This document shows positions 55,302 to 64,000 of a DNA stretch of 64,000 nt, one piece after another. The stretch's first letter is position 1, and each line of letters opens with the position of its first letter. Below the pieces are notes generated by a model that made no database searches, was not told the DNA's origin, and was given only the letters and a program-made list of their open reading frames with translations. This stretch comes from Deltaproteobacteria bacterium (GTDB lineage Bacteria; Myxococcota; Kuafuiibacteriia; Kuafuiibacteriales; Kuafuiibacteriaceae), in contig JAVJQW010000038.1 in the NCBI GenBank assembly GCA_040218735.1, positions 64,001-128,000 on the forward strand, written 5' to 3'. A program made the translations under genes and the position numbers.

Positions 55302-56212
55302 CGCCGACGCCGGAACAGGAACAGCGCGAGGACCCAAGGCCACGGCGCGCCGGTGCGCCCGGTCCTGCACGCGCAGGAGTCGGGCGGCTCGCCGGTCTTC
55401 ACGTAGCCGCCGTCGCGCACCGACCCGGCGTCGGGTGTGCCGGCGTCGGGGACGCCCGCGTCGTCCTCCGGAACGTTGTGGGTCACGAGCAGCACGTAGT
55501 TCGAGTAGTGATAGAACGACAGCCCGCGGTCGTCGGTGATCGTGGCCTTGAGCGTCCAGTCGTTCTCCTCGAGCTGCGACGTGTCCCAGATGAAGGAGCC
55601 CTGGTCGGGCGGGAGGTCGTCTGCGATGAGCAGCGGCTCCCCGTCCGGTCCGATCATCGCTTCGAGGCGCACGCGCCCCGTGCCGTCGGGATCGAACGCA
55701 TCCCAAGTCAGCTCGAACGAGCGATGCGCGAACTTGAACGGGCTCGTCGGCGAAGTGAGGTACACGGCGGGGTGCACGGGATCGCCGGGGTGCGCGACGG
55801 TGACGATACCCGGCGACAGCCCGATGATCTGAATCGCCATGTTCTCCTCCGGCGGTTCGACCACTTGCGACCAGATCAGATAGGAACCCGCGGGCACGTT
55901 CGTCGTGTCCCAGGTGTACGCGTTCGGCATCTCCTTCTCCCAGATGCCGGTGACGATCGTCTCCCCGACGAGATCGTCGGGGCGCTCGCCCGCCTGGAAC
56001 GTCGGGGGCTGCCGGTCCGTGTAGTAGAAGTCGACGGTGGCGGTCCCGGTCGGGATGGAGCGGTCCGCGTCGACCCACAGCAGCTCGACGCTCTCGTCGA
56101 CCACGTTGCCCACGCCGGTCGGCGCCGTGATGTACGCGACCGCCGGATCGGCGCCGTGCGCCCACGCCGTCGCGGGTGCGAGCAGCGCGAAGAGGACGAC
56201 GGGCCAACGCAC
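55298..56212 (-). CDS. MYXO-CTERM-sorted surface protein
   Basis: Signal peptide (ATAWA), two beta-sandwich-like repeats (WDT..G.Y / WDT..W), DAG linker, C-terminal CACR..PWPWVLALFLFRRRR. Confidence 0.8.
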   Translation of the reverse strand: MRWPVVLFALLAPATAWAHGADPAVAYITAPTGVGNVVDESVELLWVDADRSIPTGTATVDFYYTDRQPPTFQAGERPDDLVGETIVTGIWEKEMPNAYTWDTTNVPAGSYLIWSQVVEPPEENMAIQIIGLSPGIVTVAHPGDPVHPAVYLTSPTSPFKFAHRSFELTWDAFDPDGTGRVRLEAMIGPDGEPLLIADDLPPDQGSFIWDTSQLEENDWTLKATITDDRGLSFYHYSNYVLLVTHNVPEDDAGVPDAGTPDAGSVRDGGYVKTGEPPDSCACRTGRTGAPWPWVLALFLFRRRR

Positions 56213-56261
56213 GGGGAGGAGTGTAGCCCGACGTCCCCTCGGTCCGTCGTCCGATCTTCGG

Positions 56262-57017
56262 TCAGGACCCGTGACGTCCCTCACCCGAGGCGAAACGGGC
56301 GGCTCCGGCCACGCCTTCGTCGCGGAGGGCGTCGAGTCCGCCGAGGAGCTCACGTTCGAGTGCTTCGGCGTCCGGAAGGTGCGCGTTCGTCCGCGCCGAC
56401 CGGCGGTCGGCTCGCATGCAGACCTGCGGGAACGCGGCGATGTCGCGCGCGAGCGCCTCCGCCGCGGTGCGGGCTTCACCGTCTTCCACGACGCGGTTCA
56501 CGAGGCCGAACGACAGCGCCTCGTCGGCGGACACCGCGCGCCCGGTGAGGATGAGGTCCATCGCGCGCGCCAACCCGATGAGCCTCGGCAGGCGGATCGT
56601 GCCGCCGTCGATCAGCGGCACTCCGAAGCGTCGGCAGAAGACACCGAGCGTCGCGCCCCGGGCGGCGATGCGGAGGTCACACCACAGCGCGAGCTCGAGC
56701 CCGCCCGCGACGGCGTGACCTTCGATCGCGGCGATGACCGGTTTGTCGAGCTCGAGGCGGGTGGGCCCCATCGGACCGTCGCCGTCGGGGGCGACGCGGT
56801 TGGGTCGACCCTCGGCGACCGCGCGCAGATCCGCACCGGCGCAGAACGTCCCGCCGTCGCCGTACAGCACAGCGACGCGTGCTTCTTCGTCGGCGTCGAA
56901 CGCACGGAACGCCGCCGCGAGCGCGTCGGCGGTGTCGCGGTCGACGGCGTTCTTTCGCGCGGGGCGGTCGAGCACGACCGTCCACACCGCGCCGTCCTTG
57001 TCGGTCCGGACGGTCAC
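56262..57017 (-). CDS. Enoyl-CoA hydratase/crotonase family
   Basis: DRPARKNA, FCAGADL, KPVIAAIEG, AGGLELAL.CD; GTG 57017 overlaps the upstream stop. Confidence 0.92.
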   Translation of the reverse strand: MTVRTDKDGAVWTVVLDRPARKNAVDRDTADALAAAFRAFDADEEARVAVLYGDGGTFCAGADLRAVAEGRPNRVAPDGDGPMGPTRLELDKPVIAAIEGHAVAGGLELALWCDLRIAARGATLGVFCRRFGVPLIDGGTIRLPRLIGLARAMDLILTGRAVSADEALSFGLVNRVVEDGEARTAAEALARDIAAFPQVCMRADRRSARTNAHLPDAEALERELLGGLDALRDEGVAGAARFASGEGRHGS

Positions 57018-58210
57018 ACCAACAGCTCGAGCCGGTCGTAGAAGAACTCGCGGGCGACCACCATCTCGTGCACTTCGTCCGGTCCGTCCGCGATGCGCGC
57101 GGCGCGCGACGCGCGGTACCAGCGCGCGAACGGCATGTCGTCGCTGTAGCCGAGGCCGCCGTGCATCTGGATGGCGTCGTCGAGCACTTTGCACAGGCCA
57201 CGCGCGACGTGGTTCTTCGTCATCGACGAGTACACCCGGGCTTCACGACCGAGTCCGTCCTCGAGCATCTGCGCGCAGTGGAAGGTCATCAGGTTGCCCG
57301 CGTGGATCATGCTCGCGTTGTCGGCGATCATCTTTTGGATGAGCTGATGCTCGGCGAGGCGTTTGCCGAAGCTCTTGCGCTCGATCAGATAGGCGCGGCA
57401 CATCTCGAGCGTCCGCGCCGCGAGGCCGAGCCACCGCATGCAGTGGGTGAGACGCGCAGGAACGAGGCGCTTCTGCGCGAGGCGGAAGCCGTCACCGATG
57501 TTCGCGACGACCGCGTCGGCGTCGACGCGCACCCCTTCGAATCGGAACTCACCCTCCAGGTGATCGAGGACGTCCGGCGCCATCACCGGGATGTTGCGGA
57601 CCAGGTTCACGCCGGGCGCGTTGCGGTCGACGATGAACATCGACGCGCCGTTCTTCGGGTCGTCGCTGGTGCGCGCCATGACGATCAGGAACGACGCCGG
57701 ATCGCCGCCGGTGCTGTACCACTTGTGCCCGTCGATGACCCAACCGTCACCGTCCTGCTTCGCCGTCGTGCGCAGGTTCGACGGGTCGGCGCCGGCACCG
57801 GGGGCCGGCTCGGTCATGCAGAACGCGCTGGTGATCTCGCCGTCCGCGAGGGGCCTCAGATAGCGCTCGCGCAGCGGCTCACTAGCGGCGTTCAGGAGGA
57901 GGTCCATGTTGCCCTGATCCGGCGCGTCGCAGTTGAAGACCTTGGCGCCCACGAACGAACGGCCCATTTCGCGGAACAGGACACACATCCCCATCACACC
58001 GAGCCCGAGCCCGCCGTAGGACTCGGGGAGGTGCGGGGTGAACAGCCCCTCCTGCTTCGCGAGATCGCGCAGGCGTTTCAAAGTGGTGCGCTCGCCCGCC
58101 GCGTCCTCCTCGAGGATTCGACCCTCGTTCTCGATGATGTGCTCGTCGACGAACGCGCGGACGCGTCCGCGCAGGGTCTCCAATTCGTCGGGTACCGACC
58201 GCCAGCTCAT
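57014..58210 (-). CDS. Acyl-CoA dehydrogenase
   Basis: FNCDAPDQGNM, FCMTEP, GHKWY, IQMHGG.G, RIADGPDEVH. Confidence 0.93.
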   Translation of the reverse strand: MSWRSVPDELETLRGRVRAFVDEHIIENEGRILEEDAAGERTTLKRLRDLAKQEGLFTPHLPESYGGLGLGVMGMCVLFREMGRSFVGAKVFNCDAPDQGNMDLLLNAASEPLRERYLRPLADGEITSAFCMTEPAPGAGADPSNLRTTAKQDGDGWVIDGHKWYSTGGDPASFLIVMARTSDDPKNGASMFIVDRNAPGVNLVRNIPVMAPDVLDHLEGEFRFEGVRVDADAVVANIGDGFRLAQKRLVPARLTHCMRWLGLAARTLEMCRAYLIERKSFGKRLAEHQLIQKMIADNASMIHAGNLMTFHCAQMLEDGLGREARVYSSMTKNHVARGLCKVLDDAIQMHGGLGYSDDMPFARWYRASRAARIADGPDEVHEMVVAREFFYDRLELLV

Positions 58211-58307
58211 GCCGGGACTCTTAGGCCGCGGGCTCGCGCGTCGCAAGCGGGCGTCGGCTTGACACGCCTACCGGTGCGTTGGACCGTTTTCGACGGCGGC
58301 GTCGCGA

Positions 58308-60566
58308 ATGTCCGAATCCTCCCAACCGACGAGCTCGGTCCCTTCACTCGACGCGTTTCCGCAGTACGTCGCGACCATCTCCCGGCAAGGGGCGCTGCTG
58401 TACGTGAACCGCGGCGGGGGGCTGTTCGGTGAGGCGCCGAAGATCGGCGCGCCCCTCGTGGAGGTCGCCCGCGAGGAGGTCTGGCGAGGGCTCGCCGGAC
58501 CGACGGCACGCGCGTTCGAGCGCTCCGAGCAGAGCGTCGTCGAGATCGCCGTCCAGGGTCGTTGGTTCGAGTGCAGCATCGGGCCCGTCGAGCAAGACGG
58601 CCAAGTCGTCGCTGCGGCGATCGTCGCGACGGACGTCACGCGTCGCCGCCGCACCCGCGCGGCGATCGGCACCACCGAGGAGCGCTTCGACTTCCTCGTG
58701 CGCGCCACGCCGGACCTCTACTTCCGCATGGACCACAACGGCGTCTTCCGCGACTACTTCGGCGCGGACGACACGTTCCTCCCTCCGTCGCACTTCATCG
58801 GGAAGGCGGCGATCGACGTGCTGCCGCCGCCCGTCGGGAAGATGGTGCAGGAGGCGGTCGCGTACGTCGTGTCGTCGAAGTCGTCGACGACGATCGACTA
58901 CGCGCTCCCCGACCCGGTCGAAGGGCGACAGCGCTACTTCGAGGGCCGTCTGTTCTACGACGAGTCCAACGACGTCATCTCGGTGGTCCGCGACGTCACG
59001 GATCAGCGGCGCACCGAGCGCGCGCTCGAGAACAGCGAGGAGAGCTTCCACGCGGTGATCGAGCAGATGCCCGACGCGATCACGATGCATCGCAACGGGA
59101 GCGTTCGGTACGCCAACCTCGCCTGCAAACGCCTGCTTCTCATTCCGGACGACGAGGACGTGGTCGGATGGGACATCCTCTCGATGGTGCACGCCGACGA
59201 TCGCCCGCGCATCGTCGAGCGCATCGCGGAGATCGAGGAGCGCGGTATCGCGCCCGCGACCGAGATGAAGCTCGTGCGGATGGACGGCGAGGTCGTCACC
59301 GTCGAGGTCGCGCCCGTTCGCCGACTGCAGCTGGCCGACGGCCCGGTGAACCTGATCGTCGCGCGCGACATCTCGCAGCGCCGTCGAATGCAGGAGCGCT
59401 TCCTCCTCGCCGACCGCGTCGCGTCGATGGGGACCCTCGCGGCGGGGGTCGCGCACGAGATCAACAACCCGCTCACCTACGTCGTCGGCAACCTCGCCGT
59501 CGCGGCGAAGGGGCTCGCAGCAATCGAGCCGCGCGACGAGGATCGCGCGCAGGTACGCGAGCTGGAGAAGGCGATCGCCGATGCGCGCGCCGGGGCCGAG
59601 CGGGTTCGTTACATCGTCGGAGATCTGCGCGCGTTCTCACGACCCGATCGTGGAGAGCTGACGAACATCGACCTGCGCAAGGTGCTCGACGGCGCGATCA
59701 ACATGGCGTGGTCCGAGATTCGCCACCGCGCGCGGCTGGTTCGTGAGTACTCCGACGCGCCGCTCGTGCGCGGCTCGGAGACACGCCTCGGTCAGGTCTT
59801 CTTGAACCTCCTCGTGAACGCCGCCCAGGCGATCGAAGAGGGCGGGGCGACGAAGAACACCATCCGTGTGAGCACGGGTACCGACGAAGAGGGCCGGGCG
59901 CTGGTCGAGATCCAGGACAGCGGCGTCGGCTTCGACGCCAACGTGAGCTCGCGGATGTGGGACCCCTTCTATACGACCAAACCCGGCGAGGGGACGGGGC
60001 TGGGCCTCTCGATCTGCCAGTCGGTGGTCACGAGCCTCGGCGGCGAGATCGTCGCCGAGACCGTGAGCCCGAAGGGTGCGCTGTTCCGGGTGCTCCTCCC
60101 GCCGTTCGTGGGGCACCTCGAGACGCCGGCGCCGAAGGAGCCCCCCACCACCGACGAGACGCGGATCCACGGCCGGGTGCTCGTCGTCGACGACGAGCCG
60201 GTCGTCGCCACGCTCGTGCGACGCGCGTTGGAGGGGCACGACGTCTACATCATGACGAGCGGCCGCGACGCGGTGGAGATGTGCAAGGAACTCGAGTTCG
60301 ACGTCATCGTCTGCGACCTCCTCATGCCCGACGTGACGGGGATGGATCTGCACGACGAGCTCGTCAACCTCGACCCCGGCTTCGCCGACCGCATCGTGTT
60401 CATGACGGCGGGTGCGTTCACGCCGAAGGCGCGTCGTTTCCTCGGGCGCGTGACGAACCCGGTCGTGGAGAAACCGTTCGACTTGGAAGGGCTCGCGGAG
60501 ACGGTGCAACGTGTGTTGCGACGGCGCCGCGCGAACGAGCTCACAAGCAGCCCGTCCCCCCGTTGA
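58308..60566 (+). CDS. PAS-domain hybrid sensor histidine kinase
   Basis: Multiple PAS, AHEINNPL, NLLVNA, DSGVG, FYTTK, GTGLGL, receiver VDDE..CDLLMP..KPF. Confidence 0.95.
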   Translation: MSESSQPTSSVPSLDAFPQYVATISRQGALLYVNRGGGLFGEAPKIGAPLVEVAREEVWRGLAGPTARAFERSEQSVVEIAVQGRWFECSIGPVEQDGQVVAAAIVATDVTRRRRTRAAIGTTEERFDFLVRATPDLYFRMDHNGVFRDYFGADDTFLPPSHFIGKAAIDVLPPPVGKMVQEAVAYVVSSKSSTTIDYALPDPVEGRQRYFEGRLFYDESNDVISVVRDVTDQRRTERALENSEESFHAVIEQMPDAITMHRNGSVRYANLACKRLLLIPDDEDVVGWDILSMVHADDRPRIVERIAEIEERGIAPATEMKLVRMDGEVVTVEVAPVRRLQLADGPVNLIVARDISQRRRMQERFLLADRVASMGTLAAGVAHEINNPLTYVVGNLAVAAKGLAAIEPRDEDRAQVRELEKAIADARAGAERVRYIVGDLRAFSRPDRGELTNIDLRKVLDGAINMAWSEIRHRARLVREYSDAPLVRGSETRLGQVFLNLLVNAAQAIEEGGATKNTIRVSTGTDEEGRALVEIQDSGVGFDANVSSRMWDPFYTTKPGEGTGLGLSICQSVVTSLGGEIVAETVSPKGALFRVLLPPFVGHLETPAPKEPPTTDETRIHGRVLVVDDEPVVATLVRRALEGHDVYIMTSGRDAVEMCKELEFDVIVCDLLMPDVTGMDLHDELVNLDPGFADRIVFMTAGAFTPKARRFLGRVTNPVVEKPFDLEGLAETVQRVLRRRRANELTSSPSPR

Positions 60567-61950
60567 CGATGCGCTCGGCGAGGACGCGCGTCACGTTGAA
60601 CAGCGCGCAGCTCGTCGCACCGAAGGCCTCGAAGCGCCCGTAGCTGCCGCCGCCGCCGCCGCCTGCTTCGCCGCCGGTCATGGCGTCCTCTCCGTCCGTC
60701 GGGAGGCCGACGACCGGACGTCGTCCGCCGTCGCCTCCGGGCGCGCCGCCGCTGGGGATGAAGCCGCCCAAGGGTGCCGTCGTAGGATCGTCGACGCCGT
60801 CCGCGCCCGCTTCGCCGTTGCCCGCCGACGAGGGGGGCAAGGCACCTTGCCCGCCGCCGCCGCCCTGCGCGTTCACGTAGGCGTCGCTCTCGGTCTGCAC
60901 CATGTCGGCTTCGAGCAGGACCGTCCCGCCCGCGCCGCCGCCCGCGCCGCCCGCGACCACGCCGTTGAACTCGCCGCCGCTCCCGCCGCCACCGGCGACG
61001 GAGATCGTGCCTTCGAGGAGGATGCGACCGCGCGCGGTGATCTGCAGCGCGCCGCCACCACCGCCGCCGGCGCCGCTCGGGTTGCCGTCGCCACCGCGAC
61101 ACCCGCCCTGCAGGCGTGACGACGTGGACGCCCCGAGCATGATCCCACCCGGGGTCTGGTCCATGGGCTCCAGGGAAGACGCGCCTCCGCCGGCGCCCGC
61201 GGCCGCGTGGCCGCCGCCGCCGCCGCCGCAGCCGGAGCTCGTCCCCTGCGGGCTGTGGTTGACGTTGCAGTCGCGGCCGGCGCCCGGACCCGCGACGGGG
61301 CCCGTCGCAGAGAGGTTCACGAACCCGGTGTCGCGGATTCGGAAGTCACCCTCGGAGACGATGATGAGCGGGCGGTTGCCGATGACTTCGACGGTGCCCG
61401 CGATCGTCCCCTCGTCGACCGTGATCACGGCGGCCGTCCACCCCGTCCCCTGGACGGGGAGCGCAGCGAGCGCGACGACAGGGCAGCCGGCGCTCAGGAT
61501 GAGGTTCGCGGTGTCGATCGTACACGTCGCGTTGAGCGGGACGTTCAGCATCCCCATCGCCGCGGGCGGCGGGAACGTGATGTTCGACAGGCGCGGGTAG
61601 GGCACGCCGCCGTCCCGCGGCCCGCCGTCGCGGGGCGCTCCGCCGTCGCGTTCGACGCCGCTGTCCGGCGTCTCACCCGCGTCGCGCGGCCCGCCGTCGC
61701 GCACTTCACCGGCGTCGCGCACATCGCCCGCATCACGTCCGGAGCCGGCGTCGCGTTCGACGCCACCGTCGCGCCCCGTGCCCGCGTCGTCGTGGCCCGC
61801 GTCGTCACCCGCGCCGCCGTCGCGCGGGGGCACGAAGTTGTGGCCGGCGTCCTCGGTGAAGGTGCTGTCGACGGGCTCGGCGGGGGAGAAGCTGCACGCC
61901 GCCGCGAGGGCGAGGACGCAGAGGGCCCCCCACTGGGCTGTCCGACGCAT
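60541..61950 (-). CDS. Lipoprotein with RD(A/G)G repeats and Gly-rich C-terminal domain
   Basis: Lipobox AAAC, about a dozen DAG/DGG units, then GGGGG-rich repeats (GGGGGGALQI, GGGAGGTVLLEA). Confidence 0.75.
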   Translation of the reverse strand: MRRTAQWGALCVLALAAACSFSPAEPVDSTFTEDAGHNFVPPRDGGAGDDAGHDDAGTGRDGGVERDAGSGRDAGDVRDAGEVRDGGPRDAGETPDSGVERDGGAPRDGGPRDGGVPYPRLSNITFPPPAAMGMLNVPLNATCTIDTANLILSAGCPVVALAALPVQGTGWTAAVITVDEGTIAGTVEVIGNRPLIIVSEGDFRIRDTGFVNLSATGPVAGPGAGRDCNVNHSPQGTSSGCGGGGGGHAAAGAGGGASSLEPMDQTPGGIMLGASTSSRLQGGCRGGDGNPSGAGGGGGGALQITARGRILLEGTISVAGGGGSGGEFNGVVAGGAGGGAGGTVLLEADMVQTESDAYVNAQGGGGGQGALPPSSAGNGEAGADGVDDPTTAPLGGFIPSGGAPGGDGGRRPVVGLPTDGEDAMTGGEAGGGGGGSYGRFEAFGATSCALFNVTRVLAERIVNGGTGCL

Positions 61951-61982
61951 GGGCGTGAAGTCCGCTGGGCGCGGGCGTTCGG

Positions 61983-63233
61983 TCAAGAACGGATCTCGCC
62001 GTGGCCGTACACGACGAGCTTTTCGGTCGTCAGCTCGGTCACGGACATCGGCCCGTAGGCGTGCATCCGTGACGTCGAGATCCCCATCTCTGCACCGAGG
62101 CCGAGCTCCCCGCCGTCGTTGAAGCGGGTCGAGGCGTTCCAGAGGACACAGGAGGCGTCCACTTCACCGAGGAACCGCTCCGCGGCGCCCGCGTCGGCGG
62201 TGACGATCGAGGCGGTGTGGTTCGTCCCGTGGGCCGCGATGTGGTCGAGCGCCGCGTCGAGGTCGGGCACCGCGCGGATCGCGAGGACGAGCTCGAGGAA
62301 CTCGGTGTCCCAGTCCTGGTCCGACGCTTCGCCGGCCGTGACCCCGGCGGACTTCAGCGCGGCGTGGCTCGCGGCGTCCGCGCGCAGCTCGACGCCCGCT
62401 TCGGCGAGGCGCGGTCCGACGGCGGCCAAGAGCGGCGCGACCTGGTCCTGGTGGACGAGCAAGGTCTCCATCGCGTTGCACACGCCCGGGCGATGCACCT
62501 TCGCGTTGAACGCGATGTCCGCGGCCATCGCGGTGTCCGCGGCCGCGTCGACGTAGACGTGGCAGATGCCTTGGCCGTGTCGGATGACCGGGACGCGTGC
62601 GTGTTGGTCGACCATCGTCATCAACCCGTGGCCGCCGCGCGGGATCACGAGGTCGACGTACCCCGTCGCGCCGAGGAGCGCGGCGACGTCTTCGCGGGAG
62701 GACTTGTCGAGCACGATGACGGCGTCGTCGGGTGCGCCGACCGCCGCGAGGCCCGCCGCGACCGCGTCGCCGATCGCACGGTTGCTGCGCTGCGCTTCGC
62801 GCCCGCCGCGGAGGACGACGGCGTTCCCGGACTTGATCGTGAGCGCGGCGCACTCCGCGGTCACGTTCGGGCGCGCCTCGTAGACGATCGCGACGACCCC
62901 CAGCGGGATGCGTCGCCGCGTGACCCGAATGCCGGAGCGCCCCGTCCCGATCTCGCGGCGGGCGGCGAGCGGGTCCGGCTGCGCACGGACCTCCCGCACC
63001 GCGCGCGCGATGTTCGCGACGCGCGCCGCGTCGAGGCGGAGCCGGTCGCGCAGCGCGTTCGAGATGTCGGTCGCGGCGGCGAGGTCTTCGGCGTTCGCGG
63101 CGAGGATGTTGTCGGCGTCGGTTTCGATCGCGGCCGCGATCGCTTCGAGCGCCGCGTCGCGTGCGGCGGCGTCGAGCTTGGCGATCGCCCGCGCGCCGCG
63201 TTTCGCGCGCTTCAGGATCTCGAGGACATCCAT
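61983..63233 (-). CDS. proA: Gamma-glutamyl phosphate reductase
   Basis: YEARPNVT, LRGG.EA, PRGG, CNAMETLL, NASTRF.DG, AEMGIST. Confidence 0.96.
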   Translation of the reverse strand: MDVLEILKRAKRGARAIAKLDAAARDAALEAIAAAIETDADNILAANAEDLAAATDISNALRDRLRLDAARVANIARAVREVRAQPDPLAARREIGTGRSGIRVTRRRIPLGVVAIVYEARPNVTAECAALTIKSGNAVVLRGGREAQRSNRAIGDAVAAGLAAVGAPDDAVIVLDKSSREDVAALLGATGYVDLVIPRGGHGLMTMVDQHARVPVIRHGQGICHVYVDAAADTAMAADIAFNAKVHRPGVCNAMETLLVHQDQVAPLLAAVGPRLAEAGVELRADAASHAALKSAGVTAGEASDQDWDTEFLELVLAIRAVPDLDAALDHIAAHGTNHTASIVTADAGAAERFLGEVDASCVLWNASTRFNDGGELGLGAEMGISTSRMHAYGPMSVTELTTEKLVVYGHGEIRS

Positions 63234-63255
63234 CCCGCCGGGTTTAGCAGGTGAA

Positions 63256-64000
63256 TCAGAGGAGGACGAGATCGTCCTTGTGCACCACGGCGTCGCCGGT
63301 CGTGAACCCGAGGACCTGCGAGATCTCGCCGCTGGGCAGCCCCATGATCTGGCGCAGCTGGTCCGCGGAGTAGCGCGACAGGCCCCGCGCGAAGGTGCGC
63401 GGCTTCGGGCCGTGGTCGCGCGCGACCTCGATGGGGTCGCCCTCGGCGAAGTCGCCGACGACGCTGGTGATGCCCGTCGAAAGCAAGCTGCGTTTCTCGC
63501 CGAGCGCCTTCTCGGCCCCGGCGTCCACCACGATCGTCCCGACCGGGCGCAGCGCGTGGGCGATCCAGTGGGCGCGGCTCTTGAGCTTGGTCTTGTCCTG
63601 GTCGGGGACGATCAGCGTGCCGACGTCCTCGCCGTCCAGGAGCGCTTCGAGCTGCCCGGGCGCCTTGCCCTCGAGGATGGCGACGTACGCGCCGCGCGCG
63701 CACGCGACACGGGCCGCGCGGATCTTGGAGATCATGCCGCCGGTTCCGAAGCGCGAGGAGCGCCCGGTCGCGAGGGTGTCGAGGAGGTCGTCGCCCGCGT
63801 GGGCTTCTGGGATCCGCAGGCCGCTCGGGTTCACGACGCCCGGCGCGACCGACAGCATCACGAGGAGCCGCGCGTCCACCAGGTTGCTCACGTGGGCCGC
63901 GAGCTCGTCGTTGTCGCCGACGGCGATCTCCTCGAACGAGACGGTGTCGTTTTCGTTGACGATCGCGATGGCGCGCCGCCGCTCGAGCTCCCCGAGCGCG
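63256..64000 (-). CDS. proB: Glutamate 5-kinase with PUA domain (5'-truncated by window)
   Basis: VNENDTV..GDNDELA (read upstream of the track ORF), GTGGMISK, C-terminal PUA ..VVHKDDL. Confidence 0.93.
   Translation of the reverse strand, partial: ALGELERRRAIAIVNENDTVSFEEIAVGDNDELAAHVSNLVDARLLVMLSVAPGVVNPSGLRIPEAHAGDDLLDTLATGRSSRFGTGGMISKIRAARVACARGAYVAILEGKAPGQLEALLDGEDVGTLIVPDQDKTKLKSRAHWIAHALRPVGTIVVDAGAEKALGEKRSLLSTGITSVVGDFAEGDPIEVARDHGPKPRTFARGLSRYSADQLRQIMGLPSGEISQVLGFTTGDAVVHKDDLVLL

Noticed and set aside
61600-61860. CRISPR-like or VNTR array
   Set aside because: Degenerate in-frame coding repeats (RDGG/RDAG) without a constant repeat-spacer structure; no cas genes.

Overview
High-GC window with a Myxococcota-like gene repertoire (MYXO-CTERM protein, Cys-rich and DAG-repeat lipoproteins, STAND-type Ser/Thr kinase, sigma54 promoters). 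About 40 CDSs and two tRNAs (Asp-GTC, Val-TAC); no rRNA, CRISPR array, integrase or prophage was seen. Recognisable core genes: lon, gluQ, rtcR/rtcB/rtcA, nfi, proA, proB (partial), NAD-glutamate dehydrogenase, prolyl oligopeptidase, and an acyl-CoA dehydrogenase/crotonase pair. The best candidate for an undescribed system is at the left end, on the minus strand just downstream of tRNA-Asp. It runs ECF sigma factor, membrane anti-sigma, phage-fibre-like secreted protein, then a >1797-aa lipoprotein that the ORF track missed because it runs off the window. That protein has a Cys-rich stalk and a C-terminal half whose layout resembles the pore-forming and TcB-binding part of Tc-toxin A subunits (inference, needs HMM/structure testing). 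Also notable: a DUF2760-Hsp70-Hsp70 operon; an Rpn nuclease gene with a clear internal SD/ATG (probable intragenic antitoxin) and a sigma54-type promoter resembling that of rtcB; frequent leaderless-type promoter spacing; local GC-skew inversions not explained by gene direction; and a 20-bp UNCG hairpin between rtcB and rtcA. All family assignments come from motif recognition by eye, not from database searches.
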